From a candidate division WOR-3 bacterium (lineage in GTDB: Bacteria > Hydrothermota > Tepidihabitantia > Tepidihabitantales > CAIPLT01): a DNA stretch of 59,379 nt. The stretch is taken from the NCBI GenBank assembly GCA_026418155.1, contig JAOABV010000005.1, forward strand, positions 1-59,379. Direction: 5' to 3'. The position numbers and the translations under genes are program-made. Shown here one piece after another: positions 1-9,679 of the stretch. The notes under the pieces are model-generated. The model did no database searches, was not told where the DNA came from, and was given only the letters and a program-made list of their open reading frames with translations. The stretch's first letter is position 1; each line of letters opens with the position of its first letter.

Positions 1-298
1 GTCTAAAAAAGGATTAATTCTTCTATCAAAGTCAAGTTAAAAAGTGAGGAAAGTTTTAATGTCTAAAAAGGAATTACTTCTTCTATCAAAGTCAAGTTAA
101 AAAGTGAGGAAAGTTTTAATGTCTAAAAAAGAATTGCTTCTTCTATCAAAGACAAGTTAAAAAGTGAGGAAAGTTTTAATGTCTAAAAAGGAATTATTTC
201 TTCTATCAAAGACAAGTTAAAAAGTGAGGAAAGTTTTAATGTCTAAAAAGGAATTGCTTCTTCTATCAAAGTCAAGTTAAAAAGTGAGGAAAGTTTTA
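1..298 (+). repeat. Tandem array of five 60-bp units, each copying the ptsI RBS, start codon and first 8 codons; the array is cut by the window edge
   Basis: Units at 1-60, 61-120, 121-180, 181-240 and 241-300 are near-identical and in register with the real start at 299. Each holds GAGGAAAG, an ATG and a 13-codon ORF ending in TAA. Confidence 0.95.
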
Positions 299-2080
299 AT
301 GTCTAAAAAGGAATTAATTCTTCGTGGTATTCCGGTGTCTCCTGGTATCGCGATGGGAAGGGTATTTGTTTTTAAGCGGTTTGTTCCTAATTTTCGGGAA
401 CGCTTAATTCCTCATAATGAGGTTAGGAATGAAATTAGCCGTTTCCAAAAGGCGATTCGAGAGACAGAGCAAGAACTTAAGGTTTTGCAAGAAGAAATTC
501 GTCAAGAGATGGGCGCTGATTTGGCTGAACTTATTTCTTTACAGATTGCTTTGCTGAATGACCCTGAGTTAATTGATGGCACTATTAATTTCATTGTGAA
601 CGAAAAACGCAATGCGGAGTTTGCTTATTCTGAGATATTAAAAAAATATTTGATACCGTTAAACGATGCTAAGACTCCGTTCTTTAAAGAGCGTTTGGCC
701 GATGTTATTGATGTTTCCACTCGAGTGATGCGTAATCTTTCCGGTGAGGCTTTACCTTCGATTTATGAGGTTAGTCCTGGGTCAATTCTTGTTGCGCATG
801 ATTTGTTACCTTCAGAGGCTGCACTTTTAGACCGCGAACGCATTGCTGGTGTTGCGACTGAAGTTGGCGGTAAAACTTCTCATACCGCAATTATGACTAA
901 AGGTAAAGAAATTCCTGCAGTTGTTGGTGTTGAGCATTTGATGAAATCGGTCTCTTCGGTTTCTTCCCAAGTTGTGCTTGATGGCTCGCGTGGTCTTTTA
1001 ATTCTTGAGCCAACCGAAAAACGCATTAATTTTTATAAAAAAGAACTGGAAAGTATTCAAAGGCAACGCAGTTATCTGGCAACGCTTAAAGAATCGGAAT
1101 CGTCAACTTTAGATGGTAAGCATATTGATGTTTCAGCAAATATTGAATTTGTTGCCGAAACTTTAACCGCTTTAGAAAACGGTGCTCGGGGTATTGGTCT
1201 TTTTAGAACCGAATATCTCTATTTAGCCAAAAGAGGTCCGGTCTCAGAAGATGAACAGGCGATGATTTATGCTGATGTTGCGGATAAGATGAAGCCCTAT
1301 CCAGTTATCATCCGAACTTTTGATTTTGGTGGTGATAAGTTAATTCCAGGTTATTTTGAATCTAATCCGTTTTTAGGTTGGCGCGCTATCCGTTTGTGTT
1401 TTGATAATCTGGAACTTTTCTTAAATCAGATCAGAGCGATTTTACGCGCGGGCACGAAAGGTAATGTGAAGTTGATGCTACCAATGATTTCCAGTATCGA
1501 AGAACTAAGAAAGGCAAAATTGATTATTGAACAAGCCAAGAATGAGTTACGAAATAAAGGTGTGCAGTTTGACCCGAATCTCGAGGTCGGGATTATGGTG
1601 GAGACACCAGCCTGTGCTTTATTGGCAGACCAGTTTGCCCAAGAATGTAACTTTTTTTCGATTGGTTCTAATGATTTGACGCAATATACTTTAGCGGTCG
1701 ACCGAGATAATGACCGAGTAGCAAAACTTTATGACCATCTGCATCCGGCTGTGCTGAAATTGATTAAATCGACGATTGATTCGGCTCACAAGAATGGCAT
1801 CTGGGTCGGTTTGTGTGGTGAATTTGCCTCTGACCCGTTGGGCGTTATCGTCTTAGTGGGATTAGGAATTGACGAGTTATCAATGGTACCATTTGCGATA
1901 CCAATTGCCAAAAAGATTATTCGGAGCATTGATTTTAGTATTGTGAAAGAAATTGCCCAACAAATTCTGACTTTGTCAACACCGAAAGAAGTCAGTGATT
2001 TTATCCAAGAGAATATAAAAACCAAGTTTCCGGATTTAGCAAAGTTTTTAGCAACTGTACAGAGCGGTAATCAAGCCTAA
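299..2080 (+). CDS. ptsI: Phosphoenolpyruvate-protein phosphotransferase (PTS enzyme I)
   Basis: Full-length PEP-utilising enzyme architecture, with phospho-His loop GGKTSHTAIM and C-terminal SIGSNDLTQY. Start placed at ATG 299 (GAGGA 8 nt upstream) rather than the ORF-track GTG 284, which lies inside the repeat unit. Confidence 0.93.
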   Translation: MSKKELILRGIPVSPGIAMGRVFVFKRFVPNFRERLIPHNEVRNEISRFQKAIRETEQELKVLQEEIRQEMGADLAELISLQIALLNDPELIDGTINFIVNEKRNAEFAYSEILKKYLIPLNDAKTPFFKERLADVIDVSTRVMRNLSGEALPSIYEVSPGSILVAHDLLPSEAALLDRERIAGVATEVGGKTSHTAIMTKGKEIPAVVGVEHLMKSVSSVSSQVVLDGSRGLLILEPTEKRINFYKKELESIQRQRSYLATLKESESSTLDGKHIDVSANIEFVAETLTALENGARGIGLFRTEYLYLAKRGPVSEDEQAMIYADVADKMKPYPVIIRTFDFGGDKLIPGYFESNPFLGWRAIRLCFDNLELFLNQIRAILRAGTKGNVKLMLPMISSIEELRKAKLIIEQAKNELRNKGVQFDPNLEVGIMVETPACALLADQFAQECNFFSIGSNDLTQYTLAVDRDNDRVAKLYDHLHPAVLKLIKSTIDSAHKNGIWVGLCGEFASDPLGVIVLVGLGIDELSMVPFAIPIAKKIIRSIDFSIVKEIAQQILTLSTPKEVSDFIQENIKTKFPDLAKFLATVQSGNQA

Positions 2081-2252
2081 AATGGTATTAATGAAAAGAC
2101 GGAAAAAATCAATTCTTTTCCTTGAAGATATTGACTGCGCTGACTGTTTTTATGTGGCTTTTCCGATACAGATGCGGAACGCAAGTGTTTCCAAGGCGTA
2201 TTTAAGGTTTATCAAATTGTCGTGATTAGCAGTTTGTCTGCAAGGATTACTA

Positions 2253-3290
2253 ATGAATAAAATGTTTAATCTTATCTATAATTTGCCTGACCAGATTAAA
2301 GATGCTTACAATATCGCGCAAAGGTATAAATTCAGTTCTAAACTTTTATTTCAGCCAGCTAATATCGTTATTACTGGTATGGGTGGTTCAGGAATTGGTG
2401 GCGAAATTATCCGTAGTCTATTTTGGACAACTTTGGATATTCCCATTATTATCTCTAAAGATTATACTTTACCAGGATGCGCCAATAAACAGAGTTTGGT
2501 CTTTGCAGTGAGTTATTCGGGTAATACTGAGGAAACGCTTGAAAGTTTTAATCTTGCCCGTAAACGCCGTTGTCCGATAGTTGCGATTACCAGTGGAGGG
2601 AAATTATTAGAGTTATGTAAGAAATATCAAATAGATTGTATTCAAATTCCATCAGGTCTACCCCCGCGTTCAGCAATTGGATATTTATTTATTCCTCAGT
2701 TAATTACTTTGGAGAAAATCGGAATAATCAAAAAAACGACTCAAACGATTAATGAAACGATTAATACTCTTATAACTAATCGGCAAAAATATAATATTCA
2801 GGCCCGAAAATTGGCTCGTGAATTGTTAAATAGCCTTCCGATTATCTATACCACCAGCCATCTTTTTAATCCGGTTGGTCTTCGCTGGCAGGCACAGTTT
2901 AACGAAAATGGCAAAACTTTTTGTCATTGGAATGTATTTCCGGAATTAGACCATAATGAGATTGTGGCTTTAGCCGATTCTACCAGTCTTACACAACCTT
3001 ATTATTTTCTAATCCTAATTGACTCCAATACCCATCGCCGCAATTTGCTTCGAGTTGATTTAACTTTGAAAATTATAAAATCTAAGGTAAAAAATATAAA
3101 AATAAAATCTAAGGTAAAAAATATAAAATTCAAAAAGTTTTATGCTGATGGCAAAGCAGATTTAACTCGCATCTTCTCGTTAATAATGCAAGGCGATTTA
3201 ATCAGTTTTTATTTGGCATATCTGCAAAACATTGACCCAATGCCCGTTTTGGCTATTGATGAACTGAAAAAAATGCTGGCAAGGCGCTAA
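2253..3290 (+). CDS. Bifunctional phosphoglucose/phosphomannose isomerase family (SIS domain)
   Basis: SIS motifs GMGGSGIGG and SYSGNTEET. C-terminal RWQAQFNENGK...PELDHNE pattern typical of PGI/PMI. Confidence 0.8.
   Translation: MNKMFNLIYNLPDQIKDAYNIAQRYKFSSKLLFQPANIVITGMGGSGIGGEIIRSLFWTTLDIPIIISKDYTLPGCANKQSLVFAVSYSGNTEETLESFNLARKRRCPIVAITSGGKLLELCKKYQIDCIQIPSGLPPRSAIGYLFIPQLITLEKIGIIKKTTQTINETINTLITNRQKYNIQARKLARELLNSLPIIYTTSHLFNPVGLRWQAQFNENGKTFCHWNVFPELDHNEIVALADSTSLTQPYYFLILIDSNTHRRNLLRVDLTLKIIKSKVKNIKIKSKVKNIKFKKFYADGKADLTRIFSLIMQGDLISFYLAYLQNIDPMPVLAIDELKKMLARR
3076..3129 (+). repeat. Perfect in-frame 27-nt tandem duplication inside the PGI/PMI CDS
   Basis: ataaaatctaaggtaaaaaatataaaa occurs twice back to back, giving IKSKVKNIK-IKSKVKNIK in the protein. 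Confidence 0.9.
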
Positions 3291-3300
3291 GGCGCTAAAG

Positions 3301-3596
3301 ATGATAAGAGAAATTCAGAAGCAAAATTTAATTTACGCAGAGCAGTCTACAGTTAGTATCGGCAAAAAATAAGTTATGCTAATAGTGAATAATATCTTTG
3401 GAAAAGATAATATAGGTGTTTTCGATAATAAAGCAGAAAAGAACAGTGATGTTCAAAGTTATTATATTCTTTGAAAAAGGTAATATTTATGGTTTTACTA
3501 ATAAAGTAGGCAAGGAGCCGTTATGTTCAAGGTTGTTATATTCTTTGAAAAAGGTAATATTTATGGTTTTACTAATAAAGTAGGCAAGGAGCCGTT
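3301..3596 (+). repeat. Four tandem 73-75-bp copies of the 5' end of the downstream nucleotidyltransferase gene, more decayed with distance
   Basis: ATGs at 3301, 3376, 3449 and 3523 precede the true ATG at 3597. The two proximal copies are near-identical and include AAGGAG plus ATG. Peptides MFKV(V/I)IFFEKGN resemble the true MLKVIIPAAGEG. Confidence 0.85.
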
Positions 3597-4571
3597 ATGT
3601 TAAAAGTAATTATCCCTGCTGCTGGCGAAGGCAGACGCTTAAAACCGCATACCCAGACTACCCCAAAAGTTTTACTCAAAGTCGCTGGTAAACCAATTTT
3701 AGGTCATATTCTGGACCGAATAATTTCAATAAATCCTGACGAGATAATTGTTATTGTCGGCAGTCAAGGAAAACAGATTCAAGATTTTCTAACCAAAAAC
3801 TATCCGCAAAAATTCCAATTTGTCGAACAACAAAACCCAATGGGATTAGGTGACGCTATCTATCGTGTTAGCGACTATCTTCAGTCAGAACCGGTGTTGA
3901 TTCTTTTAGGTGATACCATTCTTGATTTAGATTTCTCGGCTTTTATTGGCAAGGAAAATTTAGTTGGCATCAAACCAGTTTCCACTCCTCAACGCTTTGG
4001 TATCGTGGAGACGCGTAGCGGATATGTCACCCGAATTACGGAAAAACCGCTTGAGCCCAAAAGTAATCTGGCTTTAGTCGGAATCTACTATTTTACAAAT
4101 GCCCAACCGCTTTTCGATAATCTCAGAAAAATTGTCCAAGAAGGCAGAAAGACTCGCGGGGAATATCAATTGTCTGATGCTCTGCAAGAAATGATTGAGC
4201 AGGGTATCAAAATCAAAACTTTTCCTGTAGAATATTGGCTGGATTGCGGAACGCCCGAAGCACTAATCACAACTAACCGTTATCTGCTTCAATCCAACCA
4301 CTATTTTACACCCAGAGAAAAAGTAGTAATTATTCCGCCAGTTTATATTGATGACTCGGCAATCATTGAAGAATCCGTTATCGGTCCGTTTGTTTCCATT
4401 TCAGAACAAGTTGAGATTCGAAATTCAATTATCCGGGACTCAATTATTAATCAGGATTCATATGTGGAAAATTGTTTACTTGAAGGCTCAATCTTAAGCG
4501 AAAATGCAGTCGTCCGAGAACGAGCCCGAAAACTTAACTTAGGCGCTTTTTCGGAAATGGAATTGGGATAA
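3597..4571 (+). CDS. Sugar-phosphate nucleotidyltransferase (NTP-transferase domain plus C-terminal hexapeptide-like region)
   Basis: N-terminal IIPAAGEGRRLKP nucleotide-binding loop and an LGD motif. The C-terminal I/V-rich region is periodic. AAGGAG lies 6 nt upstream of the ATG. Confidence 0.8.
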   Translation: MLKVIIPAAGEGRRLKPHTQTTPKVLLKVAGKPILGHILDRIISINPDEIIVIVGSQGKQIQDFLTKNYPQKFQFVEQQNPMGLGDAIYRVSDYLQSEPVLILLGDTILDLDFSAFIGKENLVGIKPVSTPQRFGIVETRSGYVTRITEKPLEPKSNLALVGIYYFTNAQPLFDNLRKIVQEGRKTRGEYQLSDALQEMIEQGIKIKTFPVEYWLDCGTPEALITTNRYLLQSNHYFTPREKVVIIPPVYIDDSAIIEESVIGPFVSISEQVEIRNSIIRDSIINQDSYVENCLLEGSILSENAVVRERARKLNLGAFSEMELG

Positions 4572-4655
4572 TTTTATTTTACCACAAAGTCCCAAAGGAA
4601 AATAAAGCATTCGCTCACCGCACTTCTTTATTTATGATAATTAGAAAGGATTCCT

Positions 4656-5960
<1,305 letters not shown>

Positions 5961-6019
5961 AAAATTTTTCAGATTACAGATTATTTTATTGATATAATAA
6001 GTGTTGTCTATTTGGTAAT

Positions 6020-6125
6020 GTATAATAAATATTTTGTGTAGATTTAGACTTGATGTGTTAAAAATAAAGGTGTATTCTCCTATGATGAACAATTTCAATA
6101 ATAATAAGAGAACGCACCTAATGGA
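6020..6125 (+). repeat. Copy A of a dispersed ~50-nt intergenic motif, with extended similarity to the copy at 39851-39955
   Basis: gtataataaatattttgtgtagatttagacttgatgtgttaaaaataaaggt aligns with copies at 34321, 39851, 53444(-) and 55516(-). Confidence 0.7.
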
Positions 6126-6559
6126 AGAAAGAAGAAATTACCCAAAATTCTTGACGCCGTCCTTTCAAGTTCCTTGTAGTATAAATTAATCCACCATAGA
6201 TATTCTTGTAAAGAATTAGGTTCAAGTAGATCGCTTCTTCATCAGAATGCAATCTGCTCTCAATTGCCATAATTCTCTTTCCAATATCAACTACGGCTTT
6301 GGCTAATTAGCCAAATGTTCAGCAGTAATTTATTGTAACTTTGCTGAGAGTTTTTGTTGGCAACAGTTGAGACAAAGAACAAAAATCATTGGATTGCGGT
6401 TTGAATCAAATCTATTCCATAATCGCTTTCCTGTTCTATTAACGATAGCAAACAAAAAGATATTGATAAAAGACAATCTCAGTATTAAAACGGAGCATCA
6501 TCATAACAATTTAGTATTTTGAGAGAAAGACGCTATCAGACATACAGCACAAAATCCTA

Positions 6560-6915
6560 AAGTTGTAACCAATAAGAGAATCATAAAACGATTGAAACTC
6601 AAGTTATCAAAGTCATTTGGGTTCTATGTGACTTTATCTAACCCGAGTTATCAGAATGTGGCTGTGAATTATGCGACCTCAGATGGCACCGCAACGATAG
6701 ATGATAATGACTATGCTTCAGCAAGTGGTCTTTTGACTTTTGCTTTTGGTGTAGTTTCGTAACGGATTGACGCCACCGTTAATGGTGATATTAAGTATGT
6801 GCCGAACGAGACCTTTAATGTTAATCTTTCAGATGTAGTTAATACCACGATTTCTGATAATCTTGGTGTGGTCACAATGAATTCATATAGTTTTTTTCGG
6901 TTCGCTGTATTATAA
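6560..6915 (+). pseudogene. Calx-beta-domain fragment with an in-frame stop
   Basis: Translation reads FYVTLSNPSYQNVAVNYATSDGTATIDDNDYASASGLLTFAFGVVS*RIDATVNGDIKYVPNETFNVNLSD, which follows the Calx-beta pattern. There is a stop at 6760-6762, no start and no signal peptide. Confidence 0.6.
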
Positions 6916-7240
6916 AATAATTAACTTATTGTCAATCTTCAGTTATAAGGATGGACGAGAAAAATTTATCGTGATAAAATTTGTAATATTCGTCTAATTG
7001 TAATGCCTTGATGGAGCATTTCTTACATTGTTTGTCACCACCCGGTAAATTTCCACTCGTGATTGCAATATAAAATCCGCTGTAGTTGTTCTACTCTTAT
7101 AGATAACAATTTTTCTAATTCTTGTATTTCGATACACATAATTAATAAAATATTGTCTTGCATTGTTCCTCCTAATGCGTTTTAATAAATTCTATTATTT
7201 TATCTTTTAAGTAAAAGCAAAATTTAAGACAATTCATAAC

Positions 7241-7415
7241 TTATTTGGGAACATCCGCGTCACTAAGTCGGGGAAAGAAGATAATCCGATAACCTGCTTT
7301 TGCTTTACGCTGTAAATCATCAAGAATTCCATCTGCGACTTTAGAGATATAATCAAATTGTGTGAAAAATTGGGAATAAGGTATTTTATAGGCATAACAA
7401 AAGAGAGATAATTAA
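7241..7415 (-). pseudogene. Orphan C-terminal gene fragment
   Basis: This frame reads ...FTQFDYISKVADGILDDLQRKAKAGYRIIFFPRLSDADVPK* with no start codon. A ~57-nt internal tandem duplication lies at its upstream edge. Confidence 0.4.
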
Positions 7416-7467
7416 ATTTCATAGAAAATTGGAATAAGGATTTAATGGCTATAATAAAAATGCCGGT

Positions 7468-7715
7468 ACTAATCAAAAGAGCCACAGGCCTGTTTGACCG
7501 AGAAGGCAAAAGATTAGGCGACTTTATCGGCTATCCTATTGATAATCCAGAGGTTAAATCGTTCGGTCACCTAAAGGACAATCTGAGTATCTGTAGGTTG
7601 GGCGGGCAGAAGGGTATGCCGGAGGGTTGCCGAGGGGTATGCCCCCCGGCTTGCCCCCTGGCTTGCCGACCGGCTTGCCTATTAGGTGACCGAAGGTGTC
7701 AGTTAAGCCGGTGGT
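7468..7715 (+). repeat. GC-rich ~240-nt element, copy 1 (possible structured RNA or MITE-like element)
   Basis: Aligns over its length with the reverse complement of 29028-29258. Contains GGGTATGCC x2 and GGCTTGCC x3. A perfect 13-bp stem, TTCGGTCACCTAA (7562-7574) with TTAGGTGACCGAA (7682-7694), encloses the GC-rich core. Confidence 0.8.
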
Positions 7716-7799
7716 TAAAACAAAAGTATGATTGAAATGGTTAAAGAGATTGTCAATTAATAAATACAGCCGGATGGAACATTAAAAAACCAGAGGGAA

Positions 7800-8215
7800 A
7801 AGAATATGCTTATCTTTAATTTATCAGAATTTCCCCAACATAGACAATTTCTCGTAAAGAAATCCGATGGTCTTTAGTCTATCAGAGTTTCCCCAAACAC
7901 AGATAACATTTCCAAATATTCGTAGGAATAATCGGATTCACTATCAGAGGGAAATTTAATCCAGTCGTGACATTTCGGACAGTAAATCGGTTTCCCGATT
8001 TGTTTTTCTTTAATTTAGAACGATAATTACAAGTATCCTGTATGCCTTTTAGGTTTTTCAACTTCTTTGAAATAAACTTTTAAATTCTCTCTTATCCAGT
8101 CATAAAAATCCAATTCTAGGAAACTCAAAAAATTCTTAAACTTATCTTTTTCCTCTTTAATTTCATGATTTTTTGTAAAGTTTTAAATTCGCTTTCAATT
8201 TCTTTTACATTTATA
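7800..8215 (-). pseudogene. Frameshifted remnant of a small Cys-containing protein gene downstream of the nuclease operon
   Basis: Minus-strand pieces read ...DFYDWIRENLKVYFKEVEKPKRHTGY and, in another frame, CNYRSKLKKNKSGKPIYCPKCHDWIKFPSDSESDYSYEYLEMLSVFGETLID*. The 3' end motif ctatcaga(g/a)tttcccc is repeated. Confidence 0.4.
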
Positions 8216-8222
8216 ATTTTAT

Positions 8223-9200
8223 TCACAATACTTCCTTCAGAATTATATCATTTGTTTGTTTATCTACATTATATTTTATTAACCTAACGGATTTTTCTTC
8301 AATTAATTTTCTCTTATTTATGTAATTAAGGACAGCGTCGTCAAAATCAAAGCCGACGAGAATGCTTTGAACCATTTCTGGATCCCCATTTGCCAATTTT
8401 CGCACTAACCAGTTTTCATATCCAATAATTTGTCTTAGATTTTCTTCAGTTACAATATCGGTTTTTAATTCGATGCAAGTAAATTTATGTAGAATTTCCA
8501 CGGAGTCAATCGTTGTAACGTGAGTTAAAAACAAATCCATTACTTTATTAAATGATGTCGGTACATAATTTAAAAAATCTTTGTAATCTCCAACTAAATT
8601 TTTCAACTTACTTTCACTGAAAGATTTCATAAACCATGCATTTAAAAATCCTTCATGTTTTATTTTCCCTTGTTCATCACATTCTAATGGTAACTGAATA
8701 TTTTGGGCTTTCGCAGGTTTGTAAGGATTTTTTATGCCCGTTACTGGTTCATATATAGGATTATTTCGTAAAAGAAGCCGAATTATTTCTTTTCCTTCTT
8801 CAGTTGTAATTGTATATTGATTTTTCCTTATGAACGCGCCCAAATCGAAAGTCCAAATTTTACCTTTATCTCTTAAATCTAGAATATCACTTAGTACAAC
8901 TGGTCTCATAAAATTTCTTACAATAGGTTCGAAACAAAATCGAAATGGATAAGTTTGATTATCGGCATTCCAAATATTCCTCTGTTCATAAAATGGATCG
9001 GTAGTTGCTCGCCATAACCCATAAATTCCCGTATTTTTAACATAAAAAAATATGAAGTCGTTAGGTTTAATAGCAAAAATACATGAAATTATTTCGGCAT
9101 TTGTCTTTATATTAGATGGCCATTCGGGGCTTCCGTAGACGCCTTTTTCGATGCAAGATTTAAAATTTTCTTTTCCAATTAAAAAAATATGATAACTCAT
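8223..9200 (-). CDS. Predicted PUA/EVE-like domain fused to a PD-(D/E)xK (NucS/RecB/Shedu-like) nuclease
   Basis: The N-terminal ~150 aa follow an EVE/PUA-like strand pattern (YHIFLIG..., IKPNDFIFFYVKNTGIYGLWRATTDPFYE, YPFRFCFEPI). The C-terminal part has E183, D222 (VMDLFL), E244-L-K246 (CIELK) and Q257-x3-Y261 (QIIGY). Confidence 0.5.
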   Translation of the reverse strand: MSYHIFLIGKENFKSCIEKGVYGSPEWPSNIKTNAEIISCIFAIKPNDFIFFYVKNTGIYGLWRATTDPFYEQRNIWNADNQTYPFRFCFEPIVRNFMRPVVLSDILDLRDKGKIWTFDLGAFIRKNQYTITTEEGKEIIRLLLRNNPIYEPVTGIKNPYKPAKAQNIQLPLECDEQGKIKHEGFLNAWFMKSFSESKLKNLVGDYKDFLNYVPTSFNKVMDLFLTHVTTIDSVEILHKFTCIELKTDIVTEENLRQIIGYENWLVRKLANGDPEMVQSILVGFDFDDAVLNYINKRKLIEEKSVRLIKYNVDKQTNDIILKEVL

Positions 9201-9225
9201 TTTATGTTAAAATTAATTCTTAATT

Positions 9226-9417
9226 TTAAGGTTTTTTGCTAAGATTGAATGCTCGCCAAGATTGTTCATGGTCTTTATTTTTTGTGGGATTTTTAAGCCA
9301 ATCCCGTTTATGCAATTCTTTTGCTTCTTGCAACAGTTCGGAAATATATTTATAAGTTTCTCCTCCAAATTTTTCTTTCTTTTTCTCGTATAGTGCTATC
9401 AAATCGGAGAAATTCAT
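9226..9417 (-). CDS. Hypothetical small protein (63 aa), middle gene of the nuclease operon
   Basis: ORF packed tightly between 9421-9642 and 8223-9200, with gaps of 3 and 25 nt. No recognisable motif. Confidence 0.5.
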   Translation of the reverse strand: MNFSDLIALYEKKKEKFGGETYKYISELLQEAKELHKRDWLKNPTKNKDHEQSWRAFNLSKKP

Positions 9418-9420
9418 TTG

Positions 9421-9642
9421 TTATCTTATAAATTGGGCTACACAATCTCTGCACACGGCATGAAGATTTTCGAGTTTTTCTGTTTTTGGAGTTTTCCAAT
9501 GGACAGATTTATCACGACCGAAACTATTGTAATAACTAAAACATTTTTGTAAAGTATCTTTTGATTTATAGTATTGTTTCTTGCCGTTTAATGGATAGGT
9601 ACAAACAATTACTAAATTATCAGTATTTGTTTTATTTGTCAT
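9421..9642 (-). CDS. Hypothetical small Cys/His-containing protein (73 aa), first gene of the nuclease operon
   Basis: Start moved to ATG 9642 (MTNKTNTDN...), because the ORF-track TTG 9666 lies upstream of the predicted -10 box. C...C...H...CRDC spacing hints at zinc binding. Confidence 0.5.
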   Translation of the reverse strand: MTNKTNTDNLVIVCTYPLNGKKQYYKSKDTLQKCFSYYNSFGRDKSVHWKTPKTEKLENLHAVCRDCVAQFIR

Positions 9643-9651
9643 CTTAAATGT

Positions 9652-9679
9652 ATTATAAATAACCAACTATTAATGTCAA
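9652..9679 (-). promoter_or_regulatory. Consensus sigma70-type promoter for the 9642-8223 operon
   Basis: On the minus strand: TTGACA (9679-9674), a 16-nt spacer and TATAAT (9657-9652). The ATG lies only 9 nt past the -10 box. Confidence 0.6.

Noticed and set aside
284-298. GTG 284 as the ptsI start (ORF-track MRKVL extension)
   Set aside because: The GTG is part of the repeated GTGAGGAAAG RBS-like segment found in every unit. ATG 299 with proper SD spacing fits the conserved N-terminus.
1-300. The 60-bp array as a CRISPR array
   Set aside because: The units abut with no spacers. Each contains an RBS, an ATG and the ptsI N-terminal codons, and no cas genes are present.
7445-7735. ORF-track 96-aa protein with a Pro/Cys/Gly-rich tail, and its counterpart at 28897-29109
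   Set aside because: The two element copies are open in different frames. The odd peptides are a by-product of the GGCTTGCC and GGGTATGCC nucleotide repeats. The 28897-29109 ORF also runs antisense through the nrdD duplicate.
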